This document shows, piece after piece, positions 27,715 to 38,415 of a stretch of 64,000 bases of DNA. The stretch's first letter is position 1; the number at the start of each line of letters is the position of its first letter. The position numbers and the translations under genes were made by a program. Source of the DNA: an uncultured Bacteroidales bacterium (GTDB lineage Bacteria > Bacteroidota > Bacteroidia > Bacteroidales > JAEINX01); the NCBI GenBank assembly GCA_964462015.1, contig CAYWXI010000002.1, forward strand, positions 23,128 to 87,127. The letters are read 5' to 3'. The notes under the pieces were generated by a model. It saw only the letters and a program-made list of their open reading frames with translations, made no database searches and was not told the origin of the DNA.

Positions 27715-27921
27715 TTATATCATTTCAAAATTTCGTTTCACTTTGATAAATTTATCTGCAATTATCCGTTTCGTTTTTTCTCTTTCAGGATAATCTTTTT
27801 GTAAAAATTCAATCGTTGAATTATTTTCAATTTTATCAATCATTTCTGGATTTTTTACAACTTGTCTAATAAAGTCAAACGATAAACCCACATTTCTATT
27901 TACTGTTTCTTTATTTGTCAT
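27715..27921 (-). CDS. Small antitoxin-like protein (DUF5647-like)
   Basis: N..LSFDFIRQV..NPEMIDKI pattern; coupled by ATGA overlap to a truncated upstream partner. Confidence 0.55.
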   Translation of the reverse strand: MTNKETVNRNVGLSFDFIRQVVKNPEMIDKIENNSTIEFLQKDYPEREKTKRIIADKFIKVKRNFEMI

Positions 27922-28016
27922 TTCTTAATTTTTTTAATGTATCTATTTCTATAAAATTCCCATCGGTCTTTTAAATCTTGTTCTGCATATGATAATGCTA
28001 TTTCAAGATTATCAAA
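27918..28016 (-). pseudogene. 3' fragment of a partner (toxin-like) gene
   Basis: FDNLEIALSYAEQDLKDRWEFYRNRYIKKIKK* with no start codon; TGA overlaps ATG at 27921. Confidence 0.55.
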
Positions 28017-28300
28017 TCATCAGGATTTTGTCTACAATCCCATATTGTATGAACCAGAATTCTGTCATCAAATATCTCATAAAATATTATGAAATCTCTA
28101 ATTACTAATCCTCTTACTCCTTCAATGTCAGTCTTGATCCCTAGTTTTGGTTGGTTAATAAGAAGTTTTAGATCTGCATTAATTTTTTTATTTAGCTTAC
28201 CTGAAAAAGTTTTGCTTTTATTTCTTTCAATATAAAATTGAAGAATCTCATATCTTTTTATTTTGGCTCTATTTGACCAAATTATTTTTCTTCGAGCCAT
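27998..28300 (-). CDS. RelE/ParE-family toxin
   Basis: IIWSNRA...LINQPKLG...VRGL..IFYEI..ILVHTIWDCRQNP. Confidence 0.88.
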   Translation of the reverse strand: MARRKIIWSNRAKIKRYEILQFYIERNKSKTFSGKLNKKINADLKLLINQPKLGIKTDIEGVRGLVIRDFIIFYEIFDDRILVHTIWDCRQNPDDLIILK

Positions 28301-28518
28301 CCTTCGATCTCTTTTTCTAACTTGTCATTTTCTATGAATAATCCTTGCTCAATTTCTTTTTTTGATTCAATGATATCATTACGTTGTTCATTAGATAGTG
28401 TAATAACTTTTGTCTCTGTTTTAGAGTCGAGGATAGTCTTTATTGCCTCAAGAAATGACTTGTCATTAATTGCAGCAATTCTATGAATAAGTATATTTTT
28501 AAGTTCAATTGTATTCAT
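28282..28518 (-). CDS. Cognate antitoxin of the RelE/ParE toxin
   Basis: 78 aa, acidic C-terminus, overlaps the toxin start by 19 nt. Confidence 0.8.
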   Translation of the reverse strand: MNTIELKNILIHRIAAINDKSFLEAIKTILDSKTETKVITLSNEQRNDIIESKKEIEQGLFIENDKLEKEIEGWLEEK

Positions 28519-28759
28519 ATCTTACTTTTTTAGCAAATTTACAAAATTCTATACTATTTTCATGCAGATAAGTCGGTTTTCGCTGACAATTATTGCCAAC
28601 TCCTAAATAATTACTACACTATACACTTTATTTCGCTTTTGTCCATATAAGTGAATTTTTGTCAAATTACTGGTTAATAACGCTTTCTTTTAATAAAAAT
28701 AAATATTCAGATTTATAATATACAAATATATATAAAAATTGTGGTTTTATTGATTTTTA

Positions 28760-28951
28760 TTATTCAATCCGACCAGAGTACAAATCCCAAATTGGAAAAA
28801 TCAAATCATAGTCATTACAATTTAAATTTCCGTCAACAATTTTAAAGTCTGAAAACATTTTTTCTTTTAATTTCTTTGTTATTCGTTCAAAATCAATATC
28901 CCTGTGATATATAAAATAATCTATACATTTTTGAAGTGATTGAGGTATCAA
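28760..28951 (-). CDS. Hypothetical small protein
   Basis: ATGA overlap with the upstream gene stop; no motif recognised. Confidence 0.35.
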   Translation of the reverse strand: MIPQSLQKCIDYFIYHRDIDFERITKKLKEKMFSDFKIVDGNLNCNDYDLIFPIWDLYSGRIE

Positions 28952-29718
28952 TTCGAATTAACATAACTCAAATAACAATTCCTGATTGCCAGATAAATTT
29001 CATACTCAAGCGAATTGAAAATAAATTCATCAGTGAAGTTGCAATATTTCATAAATTTATTAATTTCTTCATCATCAGTAAGCCCGGTAATTCTAAATAT
29101 TATTTCTTTATTATATCTTAAAGCAAGTTTTTGTTGAGTTTTTTCAAATTCCATTAATGCAGCGTATTGTCTTTGACGTTTAGCTCTTCTGCTAAAAAGA
29201 TTATACAATAAAGTTACGGGGCCGGGTAATGTAATTCCGATATGGCCGGGATGTGTCAAAGGAGGAACTTTAATTTCAGGTAAATTAAGCTCAACGAAGT
29301 TTTCAGGTTCATCAAATTCTACAAATTTCCGTTTAAATTCTTCGTAAGTTGCAGGCCATGGGTAAATTTCGGTTATATCAAGCAAAATAGTATCTTGTCG
29401 CAGTATGATGTTTTCCGAATATTCGGTCAAACTATCATAAGCCGGAACATAATACCGCTTCGAAAAATACCCAACAGAAGAAAAAACAATTTCTTCATTT
29501 TCCTTCACCCTAATCCTGAAGTCACCGTTTCGGGAAGCAATTGTTCCAAGGTTTCTGTCTTTAATAATTATGGTTGTAAATGATAGTGGTTCTGCTTCTT
29601 CGTTTAATACTTTCCCCGAAAAAATTACATAATGAGTATCCTGTGCCGACAAACCAAATGCAACAACAACAAAAGGTATTATTATTAATATTTTGAAGGT
29701 ATTTGCAGCTCTAAACAT
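28948..29718 (-). CDS. CarboxypepD_reg-like domain exported protein
   Basis: Signal peptide; SGKV..EPL..GT..NGDF..FSSVGY. Confidence 0.85.
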   Translation of the reverse strand: MFRAANTFKILIIIPFVVVAFGLSAQDTHYVIFSGKVLNEEAEPLSFTTIIIKDRNLGTIASRNGDFRIRVKENEEIVFSSVGYFSKRYYVPAYDSLTEYSENIILRQDTILLDITEIYPWPATYEEFKRKFVEFDEPENFVELNLPEIKVPPLTHPGHIGITLPGPVTLLYNLFSRRAKRQRQYAALMEFEKTQQKLALRYNKEIIFRITGLTDDEEINKFMKYCNFTDEFIFNSLEYEIYLAIRNCYLSYVNSN

Positions 29719-29872
29719 GTTTCCAAAAGTATATGTTTAATACTATTACGGAATAGTTTTTTTGTTAAATATTGTTAAGTACGTGGACTATTACATTTTT
29801 TCATTTAAAACTCAATTTTTAAGCAATGCATTAGTTTTGTAATTCCTGATATACAAATATTAGTCAACGTAC

Positions 29873-30730
29873 TTAATACAAACGGCCTGTTTGCAATCTT
29901 ATTTGATCAGCAAAATCTTTTTGGTTCTTATAATCCTCAAGTTTGCTAAGTCTAAGAAGAATTTTACCGGCTTTTTTCACAATTTCCGATTTTAAATTAT
30001 CTTTTCTGATATCTTCGGGATCTTTAAGAAATGAACTTTCGGGTTCGATGAAATATATCGGTATATAGTCGGCAAAGCGGTCAAAAACAACAAATTTAAT
30101 TCTTCCTTTAAAAAAATAATCCTGTTCCGGAAAACTAAGCTTATTCATAATATTCTCCCATACAAATAAATCACATATCGGAATGTCGGGATAAACCTGA
30201 AATGAATCAAAAGTACTTTTCAAAATATGAAACATCTTCTTTTCATAATCAGTTTCAAAAAGCTGTTTGACAAAACCTGTGTTTTTAATCATTTCTTTTG
30301 ATTTAATATCTTCTTCCGGCTTTTTACTACCTTTTTTCCTTTTAACACCAGCTTTTTTTTCTTCGTATTCAGCAATAATTTGTGCACATAATTTATTATA
30401 AGGAAGATGCTTTGCATAATCATAAGCTTCTTTCAAATTGTGCCGTTTTCTTTTCACAATCTGAACTATCAAAGTTTCGAGTTTACTGTATGGAAGTGTA
30501 TAGATATTTCCTGTGTGCAAATACCAAATTGTTATCAAATTATCGGTGATATCGTGTCGGTGAAGGGGATAATCGTCTATTTTTTCAAAAAACTGTTTAA
30601 CAAAAATCCCTACGGTGTGTGAGAGTAAAATATCAGAACGGATTTCGTTAATGTGTTCTTTTATAAGAAGCAAAACCTGGTTCCAGTTTTCTGCTTTAAC
30701 ATTATTTAATATTTCTTCCTGTGATAACAT
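29873..30730 (-). CDS. Protein with degenerate DUF2726-like C-terminal domain
   Basis: VYPDIPICDL..IKFVVFD..YFIEPES..RKDNLK..AGK.LLRL. Confidence 0.6.
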   Translation of the reverse strand: MLSQEEILNNVKAENWNQVLLLIKEHINEIRSDILLSHTVGIFVKQFFEKIDDYPLHRHDITDNLITIWYLHTGNIYTLPYSKLETLIVQIVKRKRHNLKEAYDYAKHLPYNKLCAQIIAEYEEKKAGVKRKKGSKKPEEDIKSKEMIKNTGFVKQLFETDYEKKMFHILKSTFDSFQVYPDIPICDLFVWENIMNKLSFPEQDYFFKGRIKFVVFDRFADYIPIYFIEPESSFLKDPEDIRKDNLKSEIVKKAGKILLRLSKLEDYKNQKDFADQIRLQTGRLY

Positions 30731-30806
30731 AAGATTTAATATATATTTATATTACAAGATAAAATTATGAAATAATCTAATATAAAATCAGATCTCAATA
30801 ATTTTA

Positions 30807-31040
30807 TTATTTCACGACAAATCTTCTCAAGAGTTTGAAAAATGCCCTTAAAAACAAAAGTATTACATAAATGATTATGCCCAGAAGGATTACGACATAA
30901 AATTTACTGAACAGCTCTGACCATTCGGTTTTGTAGTTTATGATTGCATAAATATTCAAACCAAATGCAATTAAAATACTTACAAGAAGAATCCAAAGTT
31001 CTCTTTTTATTTTTTTTGCTTTAATCGTTATATCTTTCAT
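30807..31040 (-). CDS. Small two-TM membrane protein
   Basis: Two hydrophobic helices with basic termini. Confidence 0.75.
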   Translation of the reverse strand: MKDITIKAKKIKRELWILLVSILIAFGLNIYAIINYKTEWSELFSKFYVVILLGIIIYVILLFLRAFFKLLRRFVVK

Positions 31041-31101
31041 GTTTACATGTTTGTTTTCGTGTACTATAAGCTAATTACACTTTTTTTTAATTCAGGATGT
31101 T

Positions 31102-31160
31102 GAAATTGGAAATTAGAAATTCAAGAGCAACCAAATTTCTAATTTCTAATTTCCAATTTC
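31102..31160. repeat. GAAATT(A/G)-heptamer inverted repeat element
   Basis: gaaattg gaaatta gaaattc aagagcaacca aatttct aatttct aatttcc aatttc. Confidence 0.85.
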
Positions 31161-31214
31161 AGGTTTTCATTTTATAATCATTTTCCAATATGTTTAAAAC
31201 CAATCACTGACGTT

Positions 31215-32477
31215 TCATATTTCTAGCTCTTTAGGCAAAAATACTTTTTGTCCGCTCTCCATCGCGTTTTGTCCTAACAAAGCCCAAACACTTGCATGAT
31301 AGCCCTGTTCAAATAATCCGGGAATAGGTTTTCCTTTACGTATAGTATCCACAAAGGCTTCTAACTGCAGGCGGGTTTCGTTCAACTCAAATGCATCCGA
31401 AATATATTCCCCTTTGTATTTCATTGCAGTTTCCGGCACCCAGGATGCGCCCCCAATCGGAATATTATCAAATATCCCGTGCTCAATATCATTGATCAAT
31501 TGCAAAATACCTGCAGGTTTTGGAGGATTTTCGCTATACATTTTATTAGTTTCAAGTTCCAGTGTTCCTTTGTCGCCCAGAATTTGTTCTTCCAAACCAT
31601 AAAAACGGTTGCTGGTCATTGAGTCGTAAACAAACTGAGTTCCATCCTCATAAGAATAAATCAAAGCTACATTGTCATAAACTTCACGGCCGTCTTTCCA
31701 ATAATTGATGCTGCCTGCACCCATTACTGAGGCCGGTTGCAAATCTTTCACCCAATTGGCCACCTGTATTTGATGAGAAGCCAGTTCGGTCATTAATCCC
31801 AAGGAATATTCCTGATACAATCGCCAGTTGATTTTACGCTCAAGTTCGGGTTTATCTTTTGGAACCGGCCGTCTCCAATCGTTATTGCGATGCCAATAAG
31901 CCCGGATTTGGGTTACTTTCCCAATTTTATCTTCTTTCACGTATTCTATTGCTTTGATATATTTAGGATCAAACATTCGCTGATGACCAATTTGCAGAAT
32001 TTTTCCGGTTTGATAATGAGTATCTGCCATTTGTTTCACGTTGACCAAATGGCGAGCCATTGCTTTTTCACAGAAGACCTGTTTGCCTGCAAGCATCGCA
32101 TCAATGGCAATATGTGCATGTTGATGAAGAGGTGTAGCAATTACTACCGCATCCAGATCTTTCATATCCAAAATATTGCGATAATCATAAAAAGCATCGG
32201 CATTGCTTCCTGCAAGTTTGGCGGCACGTTGAAAATGTGGTTCGTAATTATCACAAACTGCAGCAATTTCAATATTATGCGAATCCTGAATGGCCAGTAA
32301 ATTTCGAAGCAAAGCTGAACCCCTTGATCCAACTCCAATAACAGCAATTCTAACCTTATCTGAAGCTGATTTTCCAACTGCAACAGGGTTTGCCATTGCT
32401 TTGAGCCACGGATATGCCATTAAAGCACTGCTTGCAACCAGGCCTTTTTTAATAAATTCTCTTCTTGAGTTTTCCAT
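31215..32477 (-). CDS. Gfo/Idh/MocA oxidoreductase, Tat-exported
   Basis: SRREFIK; IGVGSRG; IATPLHQH; CEKAM; ELASHQ. Confidence 0.93.
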   Translation of the reverse strand: MENSRREFIKKGLVASSALMAYPWLKAMANPVAVGKSASDKVRIAVIGVGSRGSALLRNLLAIQDSHNIEIAAVCDNYEPHFQRAAKLAGSNADAFYDYRNILDMKDLDAVVIATPLHQHAHIAIDAMLAGKQVFCEKAMARHLVNVKQMADTHYQTGKILQIGHQRMFDPKYIKAIEYVKEDKIGKVTQIRAYWHRNNDWRRPVPKDKPELERKINWRLYQEYSLGLMTELASHQIQVANWVKDLQPASVMGAGSINYWKDGREVYDNVALIYSYEDGTQFVYDSMTSNRFYGLEEQILGDKGTLELETNKMYSENPPKPAGILQLINDIEHGIFDNIPIGGASWVPETAMKYKGEYISDAFELNETRLQLEAFVDTIRKGKPIPGLFEQGYHASVWALLGQNAMESGQKVFLPKELEI

Positions 32478-33346
32478 TACAAAATCTCCTCCTCTCTTAG
32501 TTTATCCAAAACTTTAACAGATGAAATGTCCATTTTAGAAAAAGCGAACCATTTTTTGCCTAAATTCTTAAGGCTTGCCCCAAAATGATAGATTTCTTTT
32601 TCATCAATAATCATGAAACGGTCGTGGGCTTTGTCAAACTTTTGAATTATTACGGGTTTATATTGTTGGTTGTGTTTTTCAATATCCAATTTTAGTTGCC
32701 TGGAAATATTTTTCGTAAAAATGTAAAATTCAACGTCTTTTTTTCGTTTTGTTAAATGTGTTAAAACCGTATCATCAATATAATTATCAATTAAAATTAT
32801 GGAAGTTTTAGCTGTTCTTACCAAATCGGAAACAAAAGTATAGGCATCAAAAATTTGTTCATCGAAAAAAACGCCTTGTTTGGGAGGCAGGTTGGTTTTG
32901 AGTTGCAGGTTTATTTCATTGACTTTATCATTCAAAGTATCCACTTTATCTTCAATTCTATCGATACGTTTGTTTACTGTATATCCCTTTAGCAAATGCT
33001 CTTTCAAAACTTTTGTTGCCCAAATCCGAAATTGAGTACCTTGCCTGGATTTAACTCTGTATCCTACTGATATAATAACATCAAGGTTGTAAATCTTTAC
33101 CCTTTTTGTTTGGGTTTTTCCTGTAATTGCACCATGTGGAGTGGTTAGTAAGAAATCCTTACATACCACTTCCTTGTCTAGTTCTCCTTCTTTGAAAATG
33201 TTACCAATATGTTGGGTAATAGCTACCCTGTTTCTTCCAAATAGTATTGCCATCTGCTCTTGGGTAAGCCAAACGGTTTCATCTTCAACCTTTACTTCTA
33301 CCTTTGTAAGTTCATCAGCTTGATATATAATTATTTCGTTTTTCAT
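32477..33346 (-). CDS. rhuM: RhuM-family (virulence/DNA-binding) protein with PLD-like C-terminal region
   Basis: ETVWLTQEQMA.LF, YNLDVIISVGYRVKS..GTQFRIWAT; LIDNY, HDRF..YHFGASLK. Confidence 0.85.
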   Translation of the reverse strand: MKNEIIIYQADELTKVEVKVEDETVWLTQEQMAILFGRNRVAITQHIGNIFKEGELDKEVVCKDFLLTTPHGAITGKTQTKRVKIYNLDVIISVGYRVKSRQGTQFRIWATKVLKEHLLKGYTVNKRIDRIEDKVDTLNDKVNEINLQLKTNLPPKQGVFFDEQIFDAYTFVSDLVRTAKTSIILIDNYIDDTVLTHLTKRKKDVEFYIFTKNISRQLKLDIEKHNQQYKPVIIQKFDKAHDRFMIIDEKEIYHFGASLKNLGKKWFAFSKMDISSVKVLDKLREEEIL

Positions 33347-33459
33347 ATCAGTTTCGAGATTAAGTTTAAAATTTCAGCACTTTCCATATCTAATTCACTT
33401 CCACAACAAGCATCATCGTGAAATATATCGTCATTATTTTTAAAAGTCTGCTCGAACAT
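33343..33459 (-). pseudogene. 38-codon remnant of a type I R-M methyltransferase (hsdM), N- and C-termini joined
   Basis: MFEQTFKNNDDIFHDDACCGSELD+MESAEILNLISKLI*; TGA overlaps the rhuM ATG. Confidence 0.7.
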
Positions 33460-33520
33460 TTATTATACTTTTCTAATTTTTATATAAAAATGTAAAAATA
33501 CTAATAATCTCTTGGGTTAG

Positions 33521-34429
33521 TTATAAAAGCTCTTTTTCAGCTTTGCAAATCTCTGTAATTTCTTCTACTTCGCCAACACTATAACGGATTTCAACAACCT
33601 CACAAGCAGGATAATTCTTGATTATTATATCATGCTGTTCAGCATTAGCAATATACAAAGCTGTTGAAAGAACCTCTGAAATGATTGGAGAGTCAGAAAC
33701 AACAGATACTGTTTTTTGTGCCTTAACAAGCCTGGAGTTAACAGGATTTAATAAATGAAAGCTTTGTTTTTCTGACCACCCGGAGGTAGAAAGTGATTTG
33801 TTTTTCAATTTAAACCGATAAAGGCTTTCGGAAGGATGAAATACATTTTGAATAGCTGCAGGCCAGTATTCTCCATGAGGATGCTGCCCAACACCCGAAA
33901 CCGAACTACCGCCAAAACTAATGAATGCATTCCGAATCAGGTTTTCCTCCAATATATCCAGTACATTCTTCATAGCAAAGCCTTTACCGAAACCACCCAA
34001 ATCTATTTTTACCGACTCATTAGCAAACCGGATGGTTTTTTCTTCAGTATGAAGGATTAGTTTATCACATCCCAAATTATGATGAAGTTTTTCCATTTCT
34101 TCATGATCAGGATGCTCATTTTGATTTAATAATTCCAATAAAGGCCTCATTGTAATATCAAAAATTCCGTTTGTTTTATTGTAAAAATCAATGCATAAAG
34201 ATAAAACCTCAAACATTTCATTATCCAATTCAATTGGGTTTTGAAAAGCTTCATTATTTAATCTAAATACGATACTTTCTTTAGAAAAATAACTCAGTTT
34301 GTTCTCCAGGCGAAAAAGTTCTTTTTTTATATCATTAAAAACCATATCTGCATTTTCCTCTCCGAAACCAGGTATTACCAGATCGAAACGGGTATTCATT
34401 GCCATACAATTATTATGATATATTTCCAT
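33521..34429 (-). CDS. apbE: FAD:protein FMN transferase (ApbE), no signal peptide seen
   Basis: AMNT, FDIT, IDLGGFGKG, STSG, HLLNP, LSTA. Confidence 0.9.
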   Translation of the reverse strand: MEIYHNNCMAMNTRFDLVIPGFGEENADMVFNDIKKELFRLENKLSYFSKESIVFRLNNEAFQNPIELDNEMFEVLSLCIDFYNKTNGIFDITMRPLLELLNQNEHPDHEEMEKLHHNLGCDKLILHTEEKTIRFANESVKIDLGGFGKGFAMKNVLDILEENLIRNAFISFGGSSVSGVGQHPHGEYWPAAIQNVFHPSESLYRFKLKNKSLSTSGWSEKQSFHLLNPVNSRLVKAQKTVSVVSDSPIISEVLSTALYIANAEQHDIIIKNYPACEVVEIRYSVGEVEEITEICKAEKELL

Positions 34430-34443
34430 TGTTTTAATCCTTT

Positions 34444-34498
34444 ACTCAGTCCTCAGTCTTCAATTGTTGACTGCCGACTGCGGACTGCCAACTGCGGA

Positions 34499-34500
<2 letters not shown>
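34444..34500. repeat. Heptamer tandem arrays in inverted orientation
   Basis: actcagt cctcagt cttcaat / gactgcc gactgcg gactgcc aactgcg gact. Confidence 0.75.
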
Positions 34501-35830
<1,330 letters not shown>

Positions 35831-35872
35831 AATTTAATTATTTCAATGTTTATTTAACTTGCTTTTGTTCAC

Positions 35873-37276
35873 TTACAGTAATATTTTAATATTCCTGAAA
35901 TGTACTTCATCTCCATGATCCTGTAATAAAATATGTCCTTTTTCCCAGTTTCCGAAACCTTCATAATCTTTATACTTACTAAAAGCGACCAATGCATCAA
36001 ACATTTGGTTGTTACGGTCGTATTCAACTACTTTTTTTCCGTTCAGCCAGTGCTCAACGTGATTTCCTTTTACAATCAATTTTCCTTTATTCCAATAGCC
36101 CAACCATGCTGCATTTTTGTCTTTTGCAGGAATCAGATCGTAGAGTGAAGCTAATGTCCGGTTTCCTTTCACACCCTGTTTTGCGTCGGGGTGATTTTTA
36201 TCATCAAGTATCTGGTATTCCAAGCCAATAGCTGATCCTTTGGATTCATATTGTTCGGTAACAAGGTATTTTACACCACTGTTTGCTCCTTCGGTCAACT
36301 TAAATTCAAAACATAACTCAAAATCACTGTATTCATCCAGCGTAACAATATCTCCTCCATTACCGGATTCGGCACCCTCTGCTTTTTCAACAACTAAATT
36401 ACCATCTTCAATATACCATCCATTTTCCGGGAAACTCTCTTGATGTACGCCTCTCCAGCCATTAAAAGTTTTGCCGTCAAATAATAATCGCCAGCCTTCT
36501 TCCTTTTCATTTTTACTCAATTGATTAGGAATAGTACAAAATTCACGGGCTGTAGTTTCAGTACTATATTGTTCAACATCTTTAGTCAGGATACGGATAT
36601 TCCGCCACATGATGGATCTTCCAACATCAGCTTTTTTTACATTATGCACTTGAAGTCCAATAAACCCGGAGGCGGTCATATTATCCACCAGATTGGCCAC
36701 CGGTACTCCATTTACCCAGGTACGGATTGAGTTTCCTATAGCTTCCACACGGATTTTATTCCAATCATTTAATTTAATTGCATTGCGTGCATTTTCATCA
36801 TGAAGCAGGTTATTCAGCCAACCTCTCCTGCCTTCGTCATAAATTCCACCAGTCCATGCACGATCTGATGGATCAAACTCCACCTGATAACCATGAACCT
36901 GGCTATCTTGATATTCCGGGAAACTGTTGCTCCGGATCTGTACTCCTGAATTAAAAGTTTTTTCAGAATCATTATATTTTACTTCATACTCAAGGATAAA
37001 ATCTGAAAAATGTTTTTTAGTACATAAAAAACTATTCGGGGTATTTGCTACTGTGGTACCAAACAACACACCATCTTCAACATGATAAACAGCTTTTCCA
37101 CCTTTCTGCTCCCAACCTTTCAGGTTTTTCTTATTAAATAATTTTTTCCAATCTTTATCATCCTGAGCTTTTGAATTTATTGAAAACAAAGCAATAAAAA
37201 GCAGGAAAGAAATAAGTGCGATGAAGTTGTATTTTAAAATCATTTTGTTCCTTTTAGTGGTCTTAACATTACTCAT
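35873..37276 (-). CDS. Tandem DUF1080 (3-keto-glycoside hydrolase/hydratase-like) protein
   Basis: Two domains with NSGV, GYQ/EYQ, LQVH/LQDHG, RNI; signal peptide. Confidence 0.9.
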   Translation of the reverse strand: MSNVKTTKRNKMILKYNFIALISFLLFIALFSINSKAQDDKDWKKLFNKKNLKGWEQKGGKAVYHVEDGVLFGTTVANTPNSFLCTKKHFSDFILEYEVKYNDSEKTFNSGVQIRSNSFPEYQDSQVHGYQVEFDPSDRAWTGGIYDEGRRGWLNNLLHDENARNAIKLNDWNKIRVEAIGNSIRTWVNGVPVANLVDNMTASGFIGLQVHNVKKADVGRSIMWRNIRILTKDVEQYSTETTAREFCTIPNQLSKNEKEEGWRLLFDGKTFNGWRGVHQESFPENGWYIEDGNLVVEKAEGAESGNGGDIVTLDEYSDFELCFEFKLTEGANSGVKYLVTEQYESKGSAIGLEYQILDDKNHPDAKQGVKGNRTLASLYDLIPAKDKNAAWLGYWNKGKLIVKGNHVEHWLNGKKVVEYDRNNQMFDALVAFSKYKDYEGFGNWEKGHILLQDHGDEVHFRNIKILL

Positions 37277-37665
37277 AAAAAGTTATAGAGTTCACGAGCA
37301 AAATTAACATACAATTTTATAATTACAAATTCATGGATAAAATAAAATTTGGGGAATGAATAAGTGAATGAGAGAATAAAAAAATAAAAACTTTTCCTAC
37401 TATCAAACATTTTCGCATTACAAAATAAATTTGTTAAATTGGTTGTAACATTTTCCCATATAAATTAGTCTAATGTTAAAACAAGGTATTATGCAATGCA
37501 CGATATCGCACATTATATGTATAATTTTGAACACTTATATAAAAACCGAACTTTGAAAACTGTTCTAAACAATTGATTACATAACTGATACACTGTTTGG
37601 CACAAAAAATGCTTAAAAAATAAAATGATAAATCCTGTTGTTGTTTCAGGATAAAAAAAAAAAAT

Positions 37666-38382
37666 ATGATCAAGCTTCAGAATATTCATAAAACATATGT
37701 TACAGGAAGTAATAAACTACATGTATTAAAAGGTATTGACCTGAATATTGCAAAAGGAGAATTGGTATCGATTATGGGATCATCGGGATCAGGTAAATCA
37801 ACTTTGTTAAATATTATCGGTATTCTTGATAATTATGATGAAGGTGATTTTTATCTTGACGGTAAATTAATAAAAAACCTTAATGAAACAAAAGCTGCTC
37901 ATTACAGAAACGAAATGCTTGGTTTTGTGTTTCAGTCTTTTAATTTGATTTCATTTAAAAATGCCATGGAAAATGTTGCCTTACCACTTTATTATCAAAA
38001 AGTAAGCCGCCGTAAGCGCAATAAGCTCGCCATGAAATATCTTGAACGCATGGGTTTGACTGAATGGGCAGAACATCTTCCAAACGAACTTTCGGGGGGA
38101 CAAAAACAAAGGCTTGCAATTGCTCGTGCCCTGATATCTGAACCAAAAGTAATACTTGCCGACGAACCAACCGGCGCACTCGATTCAGCAACATCAATGG
38201 AAGTAATGGATGTTTTGAAAGAAATTAATGATACAGGAATAACCATTTTAATTGTAACTCACGAAAGGGATATCGCAGCCCGAACCGACAGGATTATAAG
38301 GCTTAAGGATGGTATTATTGAAAAAAACATCACCAACGGTGAACGACAAAAATGGATAGAAGAAGTAGAGGTTGTTAATTAG
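37666..38382 (+). CDS. ABC transporter ATP-binding protein (MacB/LolD-like)
   Basis: GSSGSGKS, LSGGQKQR, LADEPTGALD. Confidence 0.95.
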   Translation: MIKLQNIHKTYVTGSNKLHVLKGIDLNIAKGELVSIMGSSGSGKSTLLNIIGILDNYDEGDFYLDGKLIKNLNETKAAHYRNEMLGFVFQSFNLISFKNAMENVALPLYYQKVSRRKRNKLAMKYLERMGLTEWAEHLPNELSGGQKQRLAIARALISEPKVILADEPTGALDSATSMEVMDVLKEINDTGITILIVTHERDIAARTDRIIRLKDGIIEKNITNGERQKWIEEVEVVN

Positions 38383-38415
38383 GGAAAAACTCAATACGCT
38401 AAAAGAAATCAAGAC

